From Acanthaster planci (Eukaryota), in contig NW_019091359.1 in assembly GCF_001949145.1 (NCBI RefSeq), positions 1,438,540-1,502,539 on the forward strand: 64,000 nt of DNA. Reading direction: 5' to 3'. A program made the position numbers and the translations under genes. Each line of letters starts with the position of its first letter. The first letter of the stretch is position 1. Positions 1-13,460 of the stretch are shown here, one piece after another. The notes under the pieces are model-generated. The model searched no databases, was not told where the DNA came from, and saw only the letters and a program-made list of their open reading frames with translations.

Positions 1-679
1 AGAATTTAGAAATTGTAACACTTAGTGCTTGCCCAAAGTCATCAGCAAACGCTGCACTCAGACACTTCAGAATGGTTCTACAATCTCCCCCAATGCACAA
101 ACACGGCAACATGTTCCTTGGTTGTGGAAACATAAACTCAAACCTTTCCTAACAACAAGCCCCCATGTCAAGCAGTGGTGGCCGGGCTCTGTTTTTCCAC
201 ATCCAACAAAATCCTAATAGCCTCTTGGTAGATTTTGTGGGATCGTGGAAGGAGTTAAGGTAAAGGTTAAACTTTCAAGTACAGGTAAAAGTGGTGTCGA
301 AACTTTCAATGCATCTACAATTCCAAAGTCTCTTTTCAGCAGACGGCTTTGGGCAGATCTTGGAGCAAGTTTGAAAATGAACTATGGTTAAAATAGTAGT
401 CAACATATTCCCAAACAGAGCATGCGTATGAGAATTCTGTCCCCTTGACTGCCTTTGTCGAAGCACAATTACAAGTTGAAGCATTGTCACCCATACTCGT
501 GAGTGACAGTGAGTGATAACGGCTGCATTTCTCACCACTTTCATTATCTGTCATCTTGTACAACGATTTTCATTTTAGATTTTCCTATGTACCCAAGTAA
601 GAGAGAGTCTTTTGTGAACCAGGAATGCAACTGTGTTCTGTGATCTAGGTCCAAATACGTGCTGACTAACACCTTGAAT

Positions 680-909
680 TTAACCCCTTCAGGGCGGAAT
701 TCTTTTGACCGCGACTGCTNNNNNNNNNNNNNNNNNNNNNNNNNNNNNNNNNNNNNNNNNNNNNNNNNNNNNNNNNNNNNNNNNNNNNNNNNNNNNNNNN
801 NNNNNNNNNNNNNNNNNNNNNNNNNNNNNNNNNNNNNNNGTATGTGTGGTATGCACTAATCCTCACACAATGGTGCGGTAGTAACAGTCCTCAGTAGGGA
901 AGGGGTTAA
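680..909. mobile_element. piggyBac-like MITE (TTAA|CCCCTTC...GAAGGGG|TTAA), interrupted by an N gap
   Basis: TTAA at 680-683 and 906-909 flank inverted termini CCCCTTC/GAAGGGG. Internal sequence (aattcttttgaccgcgactgct; tatgtgtggtatgcactaatcctc) matches the reverse complement of the element at 27292-27482. Confidence 0.75.
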
Positions 910-977
910 GGGGAGTTGCTTGACCTATGGTAGACAATAATTCTGCCTCACTCTTGCTCTTAGTTTTAAAAGCTTAC

Positions 978-3228
978 TTCAAGGGGTATAGAGCCTCCAC
1001 CGCACATAGGATCACATATGACGTCACCTGGTTGTGGCTCACCTAACCTAAGGCAAAAGATCAAAATAGCCATGTCATTCCATTTGCTACAAGTGCAGTT
1101 TTGTGATAAGAGCTAGACAGATCTTGGACTTGCAAAGAATCTAATACACTTGTTCAGTTACGCTACCTCAGCATACAGTGGGCCAATGTTGAGCGCAGCG
1201 TTGTGGGACCGAAGTGCACGATGTTTCTCTTGTGCATGCTCTCCTCGGTCAAGTTGATTCCGATCATCGCGTCGTTGTCAGTGACATTCACCAGGACTTC
1301 CATCTCGAAGGATTTCAGCCTGACCGGCCAGCCATATCGCTGGGCGAGGTACTCTCCCAGCTTGCCTGCCGCCTCTTGTGAGGAGAAGCTGTGATTGTCG
1401 CCGACTCGGTGCGCTGTCACTCTGAACGTGGGCAGGTAAGGTGAGCTTTGCAGGAGGGGCTCCTCAGATGCCCGACGAGAACTCTCGGGAGAATTGTCTT
1501 CCGGTGGCCTGCATCCACTGTCCGAATCTTCACTCGAGGGTATTTGTGAAGATGTAACCCTGTCATTGACGGTGCCAAGAGTATCTGAGGTGTCCTGGCT
1601 TGGAGTTGGAGAGGATGTCTCCAGCAGGGCTGGGATAAAGTGAACTCCTCGGAAATGCATCCATGCATCCAGAGCATGGACCCAGTCTGAGTGGCTCAGG
1701 TGACTGCAGAGCTCTTGAAGAGACTCATCCTGATTGAGAGGGAGAGGGGACGTTCAAAGTCAAGTACGGTCACCCTGTACCCGCCCAGTAAGTGTGCCAA
1801 GAAAAATGGTGACAAACCCTAAAATTGAAAGACCTCTGAAATCACTCCAATCTAGGAGGCTCAAGTTTGCTGTAAGTACCGTAACTGAGAAAAACGTAAT
1901 TTTATCAATATTACTGAATAGTGTCTGTGCCAAATAGCTGCATACCATAAATAAGATTTGTGATTTCAACCATTTTATACCATTTCCGCAATATTAATCT
2001 TTATACAGATTGCATTAATAGATGACATTAAGTGAAAGACAGGCCAGCATTGTCTGGACTACACGTTTACTTTTCCTTGACAGAGATTAAGGCCCTTCAA
2101 CTGTTTGACGACCACAAAGAGATGATTGACGGTTCGAAGATGCAATGCCTGGGGAAGACAAAAAGAAAACAAAGTAAACTAGGTATCAGTCAAATACTCT
2201 GGACACATTTCGTCAATGCCTTATAAATGAATTACATGTATAACTAGCAATTTTGCCATACCGGGAGGTATTTCCTCAAAAAGCAATGGGCGTATTGCAG
2301 ATTTTTTTTTTCAAATTTACATCCTCTGTCAATGTGTCAATGGGGCAAGTAAAATCTTGCCTGGTAAAAGAGTAGTGTTCATTTTGTTAGTATCTGGCAC
2401 ACAAAAATTGTGATGGCCTGATATGGAATTGGACTTTCCCGGTTTCCTACGCACAAAAAGGTAAAGTCATGCAAGCACAAATGATTTACATCATGTAGGC
2501 CTACATGTACATCATCACAGATAAAGAGTTTCTAACTCCCCCATGCCAGAAAACAGTAACTTACTTCATGAACTCAAAGTCATTACTTCATCATACTCGC
2601 ACTGGGTATGACCGAGTAGTGACTCTGAGTTCTTGAAATATCGTTGACCAATCCAAGGCAAAATTCGAAAATGAGGAGTGTTGATTTAATCATTGAGGAA
2701 AGAGTTCCATATACGAACAACACTAATTTTCCCTAAAATGTTATAACAGCCGTCAGGTGATAACATGTCCTAAAAAGTGAAATTTAGTTCACAAAATTCC
2801 AAAGCATTTACTTAGAAAACTCTTAGGTTTTTTTCAGACAAATTTCATTCCATAATTGAAACTACTGACAGCCGATAATCTAAGTTGACACTGAATACTA
2901 AAAGTGTTCCATCAACCATGATGATGATGATACTGATCAGTTGATAGAAGGAACTTTTGTTCACCTTCTTTAATTGGCTTTGACGGATTTCAAAGTAAAC
3001 TTTGCCTCGGCCAACAGAGGCGTTGATATCACAGCCAAGTTTCTCGGTGCATTCATCGAGTGCAGTCCGTTCAAATCCAGTAGCAACGGTTGCACCGACA
3101 ACGAATTTCGCTTCCCCTTCCATCACGAGTCCATCTCCTCCATGCATGCCATGCATGCTGCACATGTGACTGACCTCTGACATCCATCGACTCTCCACTA
3201 TAGCGCCCTCCTGCGACCTTAGAGCCAT
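978..3228 (-). CDS. THUMPD3: THUMP-domain tRNA (guanine-N2) methyltransferase, THUMPD3-like; first four coding exons (remaining 3' exons not found)
   Basis: GT-AG exons with matching phases: 3228-2965 (MALRSQ...VGATVATGFERTALDECTEKLG...GRGKVYFEI...QLKK), 2148-2071 (ALHLRTVNHLFVVVKQLKGLNLCQGK), 1729-1167 (DESLQ...PTFRVTAHRVGDNHSFSSQEAAGKLG...GWPVRLKSFEMEVLVN...GINLTEESMHKRNIVHFGPTTLRSTLAHCML), 1047-978 (LGEPQPGDVICDPMCGGGSIPLE, SAM-binding motif). These match THUMPD3/Trm14-family motifs. The start ATG could be a later Met in exon 1. Confidence 0.93.
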
Positions 3229-5261
3229 CGCTCAGCTCAAAGTCGACCACTGAGTGTGCCGCCGGAAGGCAATGACACCTAGGCCTACCCTCAATTTTTA
3301 AAATTAAGAAAAACACAACTTTCTCAGGTGTATGAGATACACCCACAACTAAAGCCCATGTCCTCGTCGCTTGTTTTCTCTTTCATTTTGTGTAGGTTAA
3401 TGGAGGATTTTTACTGAAATTCCCATCCATCCTTCAAAGTCGCACAACCTTTGACGACTATAATATACGTTTGAAAATCATGTTACATTTAAGTGGCTTC
3501 GAAAAGGTGGGCAAGTTATTACTTGAAATTTCACGCTCCTACAAAAATTATAATAAGATAAATTAACTTTGTCTGTATCAGAAAGATCGATGCTGGAAGT
3601 TACATCCTGGCGGTGTGCGCGCGCATTTAAAAAGGGGATGACCCATAGATCTACTGAACTAAATTTTCAAAGAGGGACCGAATGTGTTATTTTGGGGCCC
3701 CAAAAATTTGAAACTTGGATTTCTATGTGACCTTTTGCAGCCTTTCTGACGGGTGAGGCTACATTTTGGGGCTTTTACACTTTTTTGAGAAAGTGAACAT
3801 GGGGGGGGTGCCCCGTTGCCCCTCCCTATCCGCTCTTGAATGAGGAAAAGCTTTACGGGAACCGTGACGGGTGCGCGTGTTAAAAGTCGTATTAGTCAGT
3901 ATTCAATATGTGTTCTGCCGACGGCTTGTGAAAAGTGACCCGATTTTCAAGGTCATTTTATTGTAGCGGACCAGTCCCACGTCAGTTGTATGGTGGGAGG
4001 AAGGAGGAACGGTCCCCTAAGTAAAGCGGACGAGCACTTGGAGGACACTTGAGCAATAAATGATGTCTTACTCCAGAATACAATGTATTAAATGTGAAAA
4101 CAGTTGGTGTAGTGTAATTTCTAGACGCCACCGTAAATAATAATACAATGGATGGTCAAAGGCTAACAGGGCACCTGGCTATAGCTGACCAATACAGTAT
4201 GGCATGTTGTAATACAGAAAACAGTTACCACATTGGGCCCCGTAAATCGTACAATTTCACCCACAGAAGATTGTGTGAAGTATTTATACAATGATAAGTA
4301 CTTACTAGGGTTTCTAACATTGACTCTCTCCCTTTGGAGCATGGACGAAGCCATGGCCCCTGCAAATTAATAGAGGCAAAATGCAGTGAATACGGTTCTA
4401 CATTCGAGACCCTAAAGCCAAGAGACCCCCTTCACCCCACGTGCACAGAAAGCGCCTAAAAAGTATAAACTTTAAGTTAATTACCTCCGTGAAGCGTATT
4501 GGAAGGATGAGGGCGCCCTTACTCAGGTACGGTTCCCTACACTATTGTAACCTCAACATCGCCACTTAATCATTCAGTTGGGGTTCAACGCCCACCTTAG
4601 AGATAGACTAAAAACTGCCCGCACATTGTGTTTTGCCAGTGAAAGATGTGGTGCGCTTCATCAAATGACCACCGAGCATCCTTCTGATAAAAAATTGCAT
4701 GAAATTTCACAGTGGCGTAAATCTGTGTTGGAAAGGGGGGATTGGGGTTGGGAAAGGTGGTTGGGGGGGGTGACTTGCCCGGCCAGAGAAATTTGAAAAG
4801 CAGGGGACACCATAAACACAATATAGGGGGCGATGTTCGTGATAAAGATGTACATCTGTAATGTGTATCAAATTCATGCAGAATCCTACATCCGAATGGT
4901 ATATTTATGACTTATTAAAATTGCTTTCCCTTTTTAATGATATTGCAAACAGTTTAGTCATTGGGAATCCTGTAAATTCTTCACAATTCGCTTTAATTTT
5001 TTTGCTTATTACAAAAAAAGTAGTTGGTTGATTCAATAGCCCAACCCCACCTCAAACTGGAATATATATTGCCCCACCCCCGGGATTTACGCCCATCGAA
5101 TTACGCAATTCAAGTTGAGGCAATCTAAAACTTCTTTGAAACAATTGTGAAATCTTTGATTTCATGGCTCTAAAAAGAGTCCAGTTCTTTCGTAATATTG
5201 AATATGATTAAAATTACCTGATCTCAACGTCACCTGGCGTTAAACTGTAGAACCCTCGCGC

Positions 5262-5397
5262 AGGAAAATAAGATACTAACAAAAATAAATACAGCTACTG
5301 CTCCTAATTTAACTTATTGCTGAGCTTTCGGTGACTGTGAACCTTCGTCAGGGCAAGCAGATTCAGAAAAAGGGATATAAGTATAGGAAAATAAGAT
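5262..5397 (-). mobile_element. Short Penelope-like/retrozyme-type insertion (110 bp) with a 13-bp target-site-like direct repeat
   Basis: AGGAAAATAAGAT occurs at 5262-5274 and 5385-5397. The insert 5275-5384 carries, on the minus strand, a hammerhead motif followed by an AATAA/AT-rich tail. Confidence 0.6.
5317..5356 (-). ncRNA. Minimal type I hammerhead ribozyme motif (possibly degenerate)
   Basis: Minus strand reads UUGCC-CUGACGA-A-GGU(UCACAGUC)ACC-GAAA-GC-UC-AGCAA: CUGANGA and GAAA cores, 3-bp stem II, palindromic AGCU in place of stem III, CUC triplet, stem I UUGC/GCAA with one C-A mismatch next to the core. Confidence 0.6.
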
Positions 5398-6318
5398 GTT
5401 TTTGATCAACCCCCGCGCTTTGCCCTACTGCAGTGCGTTGGGAAGGATAAATACTCTGCACAACATTTTGTAAAAGGAAGCTTCACGAACGGACCCGAAA
5501 TGTATTGTGATTGTATAGATTGTCGTCAGGGCGCAGTTCCCACTTCAATATACACGACTGCACGTGTCAAGTGCGTATGCTGACCAATTGTTCAAATGAA
5601 CTGTATCCAAAGATTGCACGAATCATTCCTGAAAAGGCGGCCCAAAGTCAATCAGATTTGATTTCGGTTTCAGAGTGACGTGTACCCTAATCCACTGGAA
5701 TATGGATATAAAAATGACTGAAACGCTACTGCGCTTAAGTCACTTGTTAACACGTCATTTCTCGCTACAACATTTGTAAACACACGAACATAAGAGCCGA
5801 CATGTTAAACATGCGCATACTTTGAAACAAGCAGCGTTTATTATGAAGAAGAGGGGGAAACGGACGAGGCTGCAAAACACTGCAAACTTTGTCCAAACAT
5901 AATAGGCTATAAACAAGCTTCTTTTAATTGCATAGATGTAAATTAAGTGTCTCCTTGCTTGCATTTTATGTTTCAAATGAATGATCTCTTTAGTTAATGT
6001 TAATCCAAATGTAACTCAAACTACAGCCAAACACTGTATAAAGTATGTACATAGGCCCTAGGTGTAAAATTCTGGTCCCATTGCATCTATTTACATCAAG
6101 CACGATCCTTGTGGCTACTAAAAAACAAAACAGAAAAACAAACATATAAGACATGACCAAATAATTTAGAAAGACAGTTACGCAAGCATGGTATCGATGA
6201 AAAACCCCTTTTGCTAATCCATAATTATGCACACGATCGATAATGGGTGAAGGCATTTGTCTTGACATCAAGTGAAGTGAACTTAATAAAAGTTGAAGAA
6301 CGCATTTCCTTTCACCTT

Positions 6319-9300
6319 TCACGTTCTGATGGAATTGCCAAGTCCAAGGATGGTGTTAGCCGCTCCGATACCACATCGACCGACTAGAAAGTAAAAACAG
6401 AGACAAAACACTATCGTTTTTTTGTTTGGTTAAGTTTTGATCTACATGTATACATGTAATTCAGTTTGCACCTGTTTATTCGCGGCGGTGATTTTACAGA
6501 GAATTAAAATGACATACAATAAAGTCAATAATTAACAAGTGTGTGCGTGTCTTCAGATTTATTTAACGATCGTGTTACCTGATCGTGAAATGTTCTTCGC
6601 ATACTCACATTTGGTGGGCTTGGGCCTTTCAATCTGCCAGTAGTTAAATCCGTCCTTTGCTTTGTCGTTGTATGTTGTCCGGAGTGACCTTGCACTTCCG
6701 GGTTTCTGGCGCTTTTTGTCGTAGTTCCCAGGCAAGGTTCCGTTCAGTCCCGACACGACCACCTGCGTGAAGGTCGGGTCCCCGACTCTGGTTAGCGTAC
6801 CGTTTCTCGTGTACTCAAAGGTCGCCACGTGCTCGTTCTTTGGCGCCCTTTGCGCAAGGAGACCTTACAAATACACAAGCAAAACATAGTCACAATAAGT
6901 CATCAAATTGATTCCAGTCAAAAGTCAGCCTACCTCACAAGTGACTTTTTATTATTATTATTATTATTCTAATATTTTTGAATGACATGTGATTGACTTT
7001 TAAACTGTGTGATTACAATTTAGAATCAGACACTTCATAACAGTTTAGTATTTTCTAGGCCTAATGCAGCCCAAAACATTTGTCTCTTTTTGTTTTCACA
7101 GTCGTGCTGACAGTGAAAGAAAGAGCGTAACTTTGAACCCAGCGTTTTCAAATCCCTTCTAACGAAAATGTAGTGGTGGCCCTGAAGAGACGTGACACGG
7201 AATGAATAGCTTTTTCAACCAGAACAAGTCTTGGCTATTCGGTGTTCACGGGTTTAATTCGTTTTACGAAGATTCTATATGCCATTTCAGTTATATTCAG
7301 TAATTAACTTATTCAAATGTATTTTTGGACCCAGAACGACCAAAAGGACTGGGCTGGAGACTAGTACTTCGACTTTGAGGTGAGTACTTAAAAGCATCAA
7401 TCCTCTGAGTGACCGAGAACAAAATGGATGCCTGCTGTGCACCTTAAAATGAACATCATTTAAACATCGTAAACTCAGCTGGAAACAGATGATGAAATCG
7501 TCTTTACAATATTGTCACTAACCTCCATGGCTGATGACTTTCCCCGATGGCATGGCAACTTGAAACGTTGTACACTGAAAACGAGACAGGGAAAATAAAA
7601 AGCCATGAAACGAACCGAGGAAAGCCAGATGAATAACAACAAAATGTATGCATGTAGAACTGCACGAAATAGGCGGCCGCGCTTCTTCGATATTCCACTG
7701 ACATGAACTTAACCACACGAAGAAAGTCCAAGTGTAGGCCTTACGATTTTCGGAAGTCCGCTACAGTCACTTATTTGTTGACATTTAAAAACATGCTCAT
7801 ACACATATGAACTTTAGAATGATGTAATTGTTTTCCTCATAACATCAGGTCATTCATTTGAAGAACAAGATGCAAGCGTTAAGATGCACCGTCAACTGAG
7901 GATTCGAATCTCTGGAACGTAGAGTCGAGTCAAACTGAAAGGGGGGGGGGGTTTCTATCTTTCTAATTCACATTATCTCATGTTATGCTTCTGTGCACCG
8001 TCAACTGAGGATTCGAATCTATGAAACGTGGAGTCGAGTCAAACTGAAAGGTGGGGGGGGGGATTTCTATCTTTCTAATTCACATTGTCTCATGTTATGC
8101 TTCTGTGCCTACAACAGTGCATCTGGGTAAGACCATTTCTCTGTTGAGGAGCATTCGAGTCTTGATCTCTAAACAAACACGCCGCTCGGGGAAAGCTTTT
8201 GCACAAAATCTGCTGCTGTATGCGCCAAGCTGCACTGAGTCTTTGTCAATAGAGATTAGCATTCTGGATTTTGTCTGGCCGTAGTTTGCAAACATACCAA
8301 ACGCTGTATGTGTGTAACTAAGGACGGCAATAGGGGATTCGATTCGGCCAATAATCTTTTGAAAAGCGAGTACCACCAGATAATGAGATTTGACCATTTC
8401 AGTAAACTAGCTCTCGAACAACAAATCATCATTTCATTTCAAAACACGATTATTGTTCACGGTCGAATGGGTCGAATCGATTCACATTTCGGTTGTTACG
8501 ACAGCAATTCACTAAGAAGGCTAGCTTGATACGATACAAATGTCGCCAAGCACCGATGGAGAGTTTCAGGGTCAAAGTCTTCTCGCTATGGCATGTCAAA
8601 AAGACTGGGGTTGAAATAATAGATATCGCGTACAATGACCGGTATCCGATGTATCTGTTTAGTTGATAATCTTAGTTACCTTAAGTTGCATCTTGGCCCA
8701 GTGGTCTGTGTAACCTTGTGGAAGTTTAACGGGATCATGACGGGACCAAAAAGTCATACTGTTGAAAAAGTGTTCAAACAAATCAATGGATAGGCTACGT
8801 GTAATTATTCCATGTGATTACATTTCATTCGAATCACTTCAGTTAGGCCTACTTGTATACATTTTCCCAGCTATTTTAAAACTTTTTTAAATTCTTATTC
8901 ACAGATTAGTATTTTCAAAAGTGGTGACTTTGTGCACTTGCAATGTTTCATTTCAACTTTTGTCACAATTTCTGGTGTTCCAGTTGAATGCAAGCCATAA
9001 GCCGACACATTCAATTTCGTCGAGGAGCTATCGATTTCTCCTCAAGTACACCGCATCGTATCTTTCGGAAAACAACTTTGTCTTTTACCGCACAAGACTC
9101 ATTTGCTCTGCAGAAGTATAATGTCTACATGTTTGATACAATACGAACAGGATCTTTGAAAACTGTCATTCAGAAACAACTTAGACGAATTCAATTCGTA
9201 ACAACAAATTTTCTGGACAAGGGTATTCACTGTAGTGACCGAGTTTTGAAATCGAATGGCATATTCCAATGGCACATAACATTCGTCTTGGACGAATTTC

Positions 9301-10025
9301 AACACTCGAATTGGTGAATTTGGATGATGAAAGTTTGGAAATAGCTGGGAAAACCTACACTGTCCTAGAAACTTTAAGTCACTTTAGTCAACCATTGTAT
9401 CCAGCTACGTACATGTCTTCGAATTTGACATGCTCTCCGTGTAAAACATAAACACTTGTATATCTCCAGCCCATCAAGTACTAAAAGATTTAATAATGAG
9501 ATCTAGCCATAAAATCCAAGGAAATTGTAAGAAAGGGTTTCTCCGTACTTTGAAACAATAATTAACATAATATATGTGAAAAGGTATACATGAAAAAATA
9601 TATATACAGTATCGATATTTCGTGTCAATGATGGATAAAGAGCAAATGACAAGCCTGGTGAGCTGCGAACATAACAAGGACATCTTACTTGCCAAAAATG
9701 ATGAAAAATATGAGCGAGGTGTCCAGCGAAAAGACCTCAATCTTACAGACTCTTTCATATTGAAAACAGAGGAGAAAAAACAGACAAAAATGCAGTCCTT
9801 TTGACTGCGTCGCGCTTTTTAAAAATATTGTAACCCATAAGTTACTGTCACAAACAGAAGTGATCCTTTTGCCAAATTTCCCTCAACCGAAAACAAGTCA
9901 TGTCAAAGTTTGTGGACAAGCATGAAACGTACCAAGTCCGAAAGGGTCTACATAATCTGAAACCTTAAAGATACTTACGACGATTTCCTAGGTGAGTAAG
10001 GCCGCAGTGCGTCAATGTTCGCCAT
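6319..10025 (-). CDS. Uncharacterised 165-aa protein, complete 5-exon CDS
   Basis: Exons 10025-9979 (47 nt, ATG in caagATGG), 8758-8680 (79), 7574-7523 (52), 6863-6609 (255), 6383-6319 (65, TGA); all introns GT-AG with phases 2,0,1,1; total 498 nt. Protein: MANIDALRPYSPRKSSMTFWSRHDPVKLPQGYTDHWAKMQLKCTTFQVAMPSGKVISHGGLLAQRAPKNEHVATFEYTRNGTLTRVGDPTFTQVVVSGLNGTLPGNYDKKRQKPGSARSLRTTYNDKAKDGFNYWQIERPKPTKFGRCGIGAANTILGLGNSIRT*. Confidence 0.85.
7885..8108. repeat. Tandem duplication, two copies of about 110 bp, in intron 2 of the 165-aa gene
   Basis: tgcaccgtcaactgaggattcgaatct...gagtcgagtcaaactgaa(g)n..tttctatctttctaattcacatt.tctcatgttatgcttctg starts at 7885 and again at 7994. Confidence 0.9.
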
Positions 10026-11640
10026 CTTGACGATGCCTAGAGAATGCAAGGCACGAGGGGATTTGCTGGTGGTCCCTTTGTGCTGAACTTTGATCAATGC
10101 GCAACTGCGGTTCTTGTTATGCACGGGCCAGCGCGTCGGCATTGTGTAGGGGTGAAGCCCAGGTGAAGTGGTTGTCAACGTTACGGTAAACGAACTCCCG
10201 GTGTGTTCGTCTTGAGGTCGGAAACTCACTCAGGGTGGGATCGAAGGGTGCTGGATGAGTGGCTTAACGATCTGTAGCTTGACTTCAGGGTTAATGTGGC
10301 CTTCATTTCACGGACTTTAAAATGCCCATCGTGTCCGAGAACTGGACCCTCGCACATAGTGTACATTTGCTTAAATCGATGCACAATGATATTTTATAGA
10401 CAAACCTGGTTGTTCGCCGCGAAGTTCCCAAATGTAGACTGAAATCACTAACTCAAGAAAAATTAAACATCAATTTAAGACAATACCAACCAATACCAAT
10501 ATGATAAGGTGAACTAGCCTAACGAACGCCAAATAAATTATGAATTGGGCTCCTTAATTGGCATCTTTGACCCCCGTAAATCCGTGTATAAACCTACTAT
10601 CGTTTACAATTAATGGGTTTTGAGTTGAACAGACGTATGACACCCAATTCATCAGTCAAGTGGGCCTATTGTTGTATTTCAGCATATTGCAGCAGCATTT
10701 ATTTAATAATCATTCGTATTTGGTCTACATTCGCAACCGGTCATGTCAATCATACAAGTTACTTCGATAATAATAAATACATGTACACTCTTTTTATACA
10801 TACAGGCACCATTCACACAAAGAGTATTTTCAGCATTAATGTAACTGAGAACACTAGGCCTACTGCTCTGAAAAAAGATTAACAAAGACACAAATATACT
10901 ATTTAGCCGTAATGAGGAATTTCACAAGTGTAAACGTTGGCTGTCTAAATATACAAAAAGAAAAAAACAAAAGTGTAACTACTAATACAAAACCGATAAA
11001 AATAAAAAAACTTATATAACAAAATTATGAAATGTTAACCTACAAAATGCAGACTCGGTGTACCTTCAGCTATGGTGTATCAAATTATAAAAGCAACCAT
11101 CAAACAAACTTTTCCCAAGATTTCAGCCGGTTATGATCCAGCCCAAAGCAATTCTAGATCCCATATCCACATTCATTGATGGCATCATCGTTAGCCCTAT
11201 TTCAATGCATGTACTGAACATGTCGCAACTCTGTTGCTCTTCAAACGAAAATAAAACAAACATTCTCAAGACTAAATAGTTCGCCAATTTGTTACTATAT
11301 TTCATTCAGCTCAGATTTTGCAGTGGACAAAATCATTTCCACCCAAACGCTTGAATGGTTTCGTTTCCGGAATACCACCACGATAATAGTGGAGGAAGGT
11401 AAGCTGACTATTTAACTGACATGACTGAAAATAACGTGCGTGCCGTAGCCACGGGCAAGCGGCTTCAGTAATTTCCAATTTCTAAGCAGATAGGTCCTAA
11501 TGCTTCAATGTAGGACAGCGCTGCTCGATTTACAGACCCTGAATCATTCATTTGAATTGATACGTAATCACAATTGCACATTTAATTTTAAAAGCAGATT
11601 AACATCATCAAAACGTATAAATTATGTATAATAGTACTTA

Positions 11641-11785
11641 AGGACCTCTTTAATTCAAGCAGATCCGGATCACGATCAGTGATCCAACGCTGGTTCACTG
11701 ACTCCAGAACCCGCCTGATGGATAGCGCGAACCAGCTTTGGAATCACTAATCGAGATCCAGATCCATTTGAAACAAACAGATCCT
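11641..11785. mobile_element. Fold-back MITE-like element
   Basis: Imperfect long inverted repeat: aggacctcttt...agatccggatcacgatcagtgatccaacgctggttc versus gaaccagctttggaatcactaatcgagatccagatc...acagatcct. Confidence 0.6.
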
Positions 11786-13460
11786 AAGCAAGCACCCAAT
11801 GTTTTTTAACTTTGAGGTGTAGTTTCTGCAGCTACAAGAACATTAACTTTGTTGGTCCACGGCTGCTTTATACATAGGCCTGTACCTTTTATCTTGGACT
11901 GACAAACTTTCTCTGGGATGTACACCTTTTAGTGCTGTTGAAGCATCAGTTATTCTATATTTCAACATTTATAGGTGATTCCATTCACGAATAAAAGGAT
12001 TTTACCTTTCAGCGTGTGATTTTCGAATAAGAATATTTTCTCAAACGATACTTGCCGACAATTACGACTAAATAACTTAAGTCTGATTCTTGCAGTCTGG
12101 TTAAAAGAAATAGCAAACCTCAGAGGTGTAAACTGTGATTTAACATTTCTTTGAACCGAGACGTTAAGATCGACATAGCCGTGGTGCATTAAGTGTATTC
12201 AGTTAATATATGTATATTTATATTCACGCATCTTGTACACACATATCAGAGAGAGTGGTTATTTTTTACGCATGAACCTCGAGTCCCTATTATTACTTAC
12301 CAAATGGCAGATTTTAAAGCGCTTGTGAAAAAAAGTCGGCCTACGCTGCCTTGTTTAACATTGCGGAAGTTTTGAGCATTCACTCACAACAATTAGCTCA
12401 CTGGAATTGCAGCATGATTGGGCGAATTATGAAAGATGACGTTCATGACATGCACAAACCATAAGGTTATTGTTCCAACACCAAATAGGTGCAACTCTAC
12501 CAGTGACATACAACTTTCTGGGTTAAGTGAGGGATTCGCTGACCAACTACAGCTTCCATAACACACTACATAAACCAAAGTAGACAAATAAGATGTTCGG
12601 CAAAGGAGAATCTCCTCATTTGGATGTAATCACTCACATTTAAAACTCACAAAATTTACCAGACAATCAAATCAACAATTAAGGATATCAGCTTGGTGAG
12701 AAAACATTAAGCGTACTAATTCTACTTAACATCAAGAGAAACTAAGACAATGCAAGGACACGCAGTCAACCACCTTAAAGCACCTCTTAATATTTTCGTG
12801 ACAGTACGCGGCAACAACGCCCGATTTGCATAGACCGTTTTAATGGCAAAACACGTAATACAATTTTAATCACACACTGCTGTATAGTTCTTGGAAACAC
12901 ACACTTTGCATTGATACGATTATTTCAACATCCAGTGAGGGCTTTCAGAAAACTGACGAAATTTGTGAATTTCTAATAAACAGAAGGTATAATGAGTACA
13001 TGATGTAAATCAGGTGAAAATAAATAATTGATTCTTCTTGCCTTGTCTTTCAACGAACAGAACAAACAAAAAATGCATATTTATTTTAATCCAAAAGTTT
13101 GCCGAATTGAAGCTGGACCTCTACCATACGAGGTACGTAAAACGCAGCCTCACAGAAGAATAGGACGATTACATTCGGGTCCAATATTTGTGTTCCCACA
13201 AAACATTTGGGTGTACTTAAAATGTTTTGACAAAAACAGTGCTTTGTAAAAGAAATATTAACGGCCTCATACATTAAAACACTTTACCCACTAGTTTACC
13301 AGTTTCCATAATTCTGCAGACTCTTTAAATAGCAAAAAATGTTTATTAGGCCCACATTTGTATCTTTATCCTTCAAAAAGTAACGAACTACCAAAACAAC
13401 AAACAAGCCCCATCAAACTTTTTCTGGAATTGCCATCCGATTTGAGATCCTGATGTGAGA

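Noticed and set aside
8095..9451. Short intronic ORFs that might be a nested gene or transposon relic
   Set aside because: No recognisable RT, transposase or other domain motifs; frames are short and unconnected.
10168..10192. RFX X-box upstream of the 165-aa gene (gttgtcaacgttacggtaaac)
   Set aside because: Only one good half-site; too weak to support ciliary regulation.
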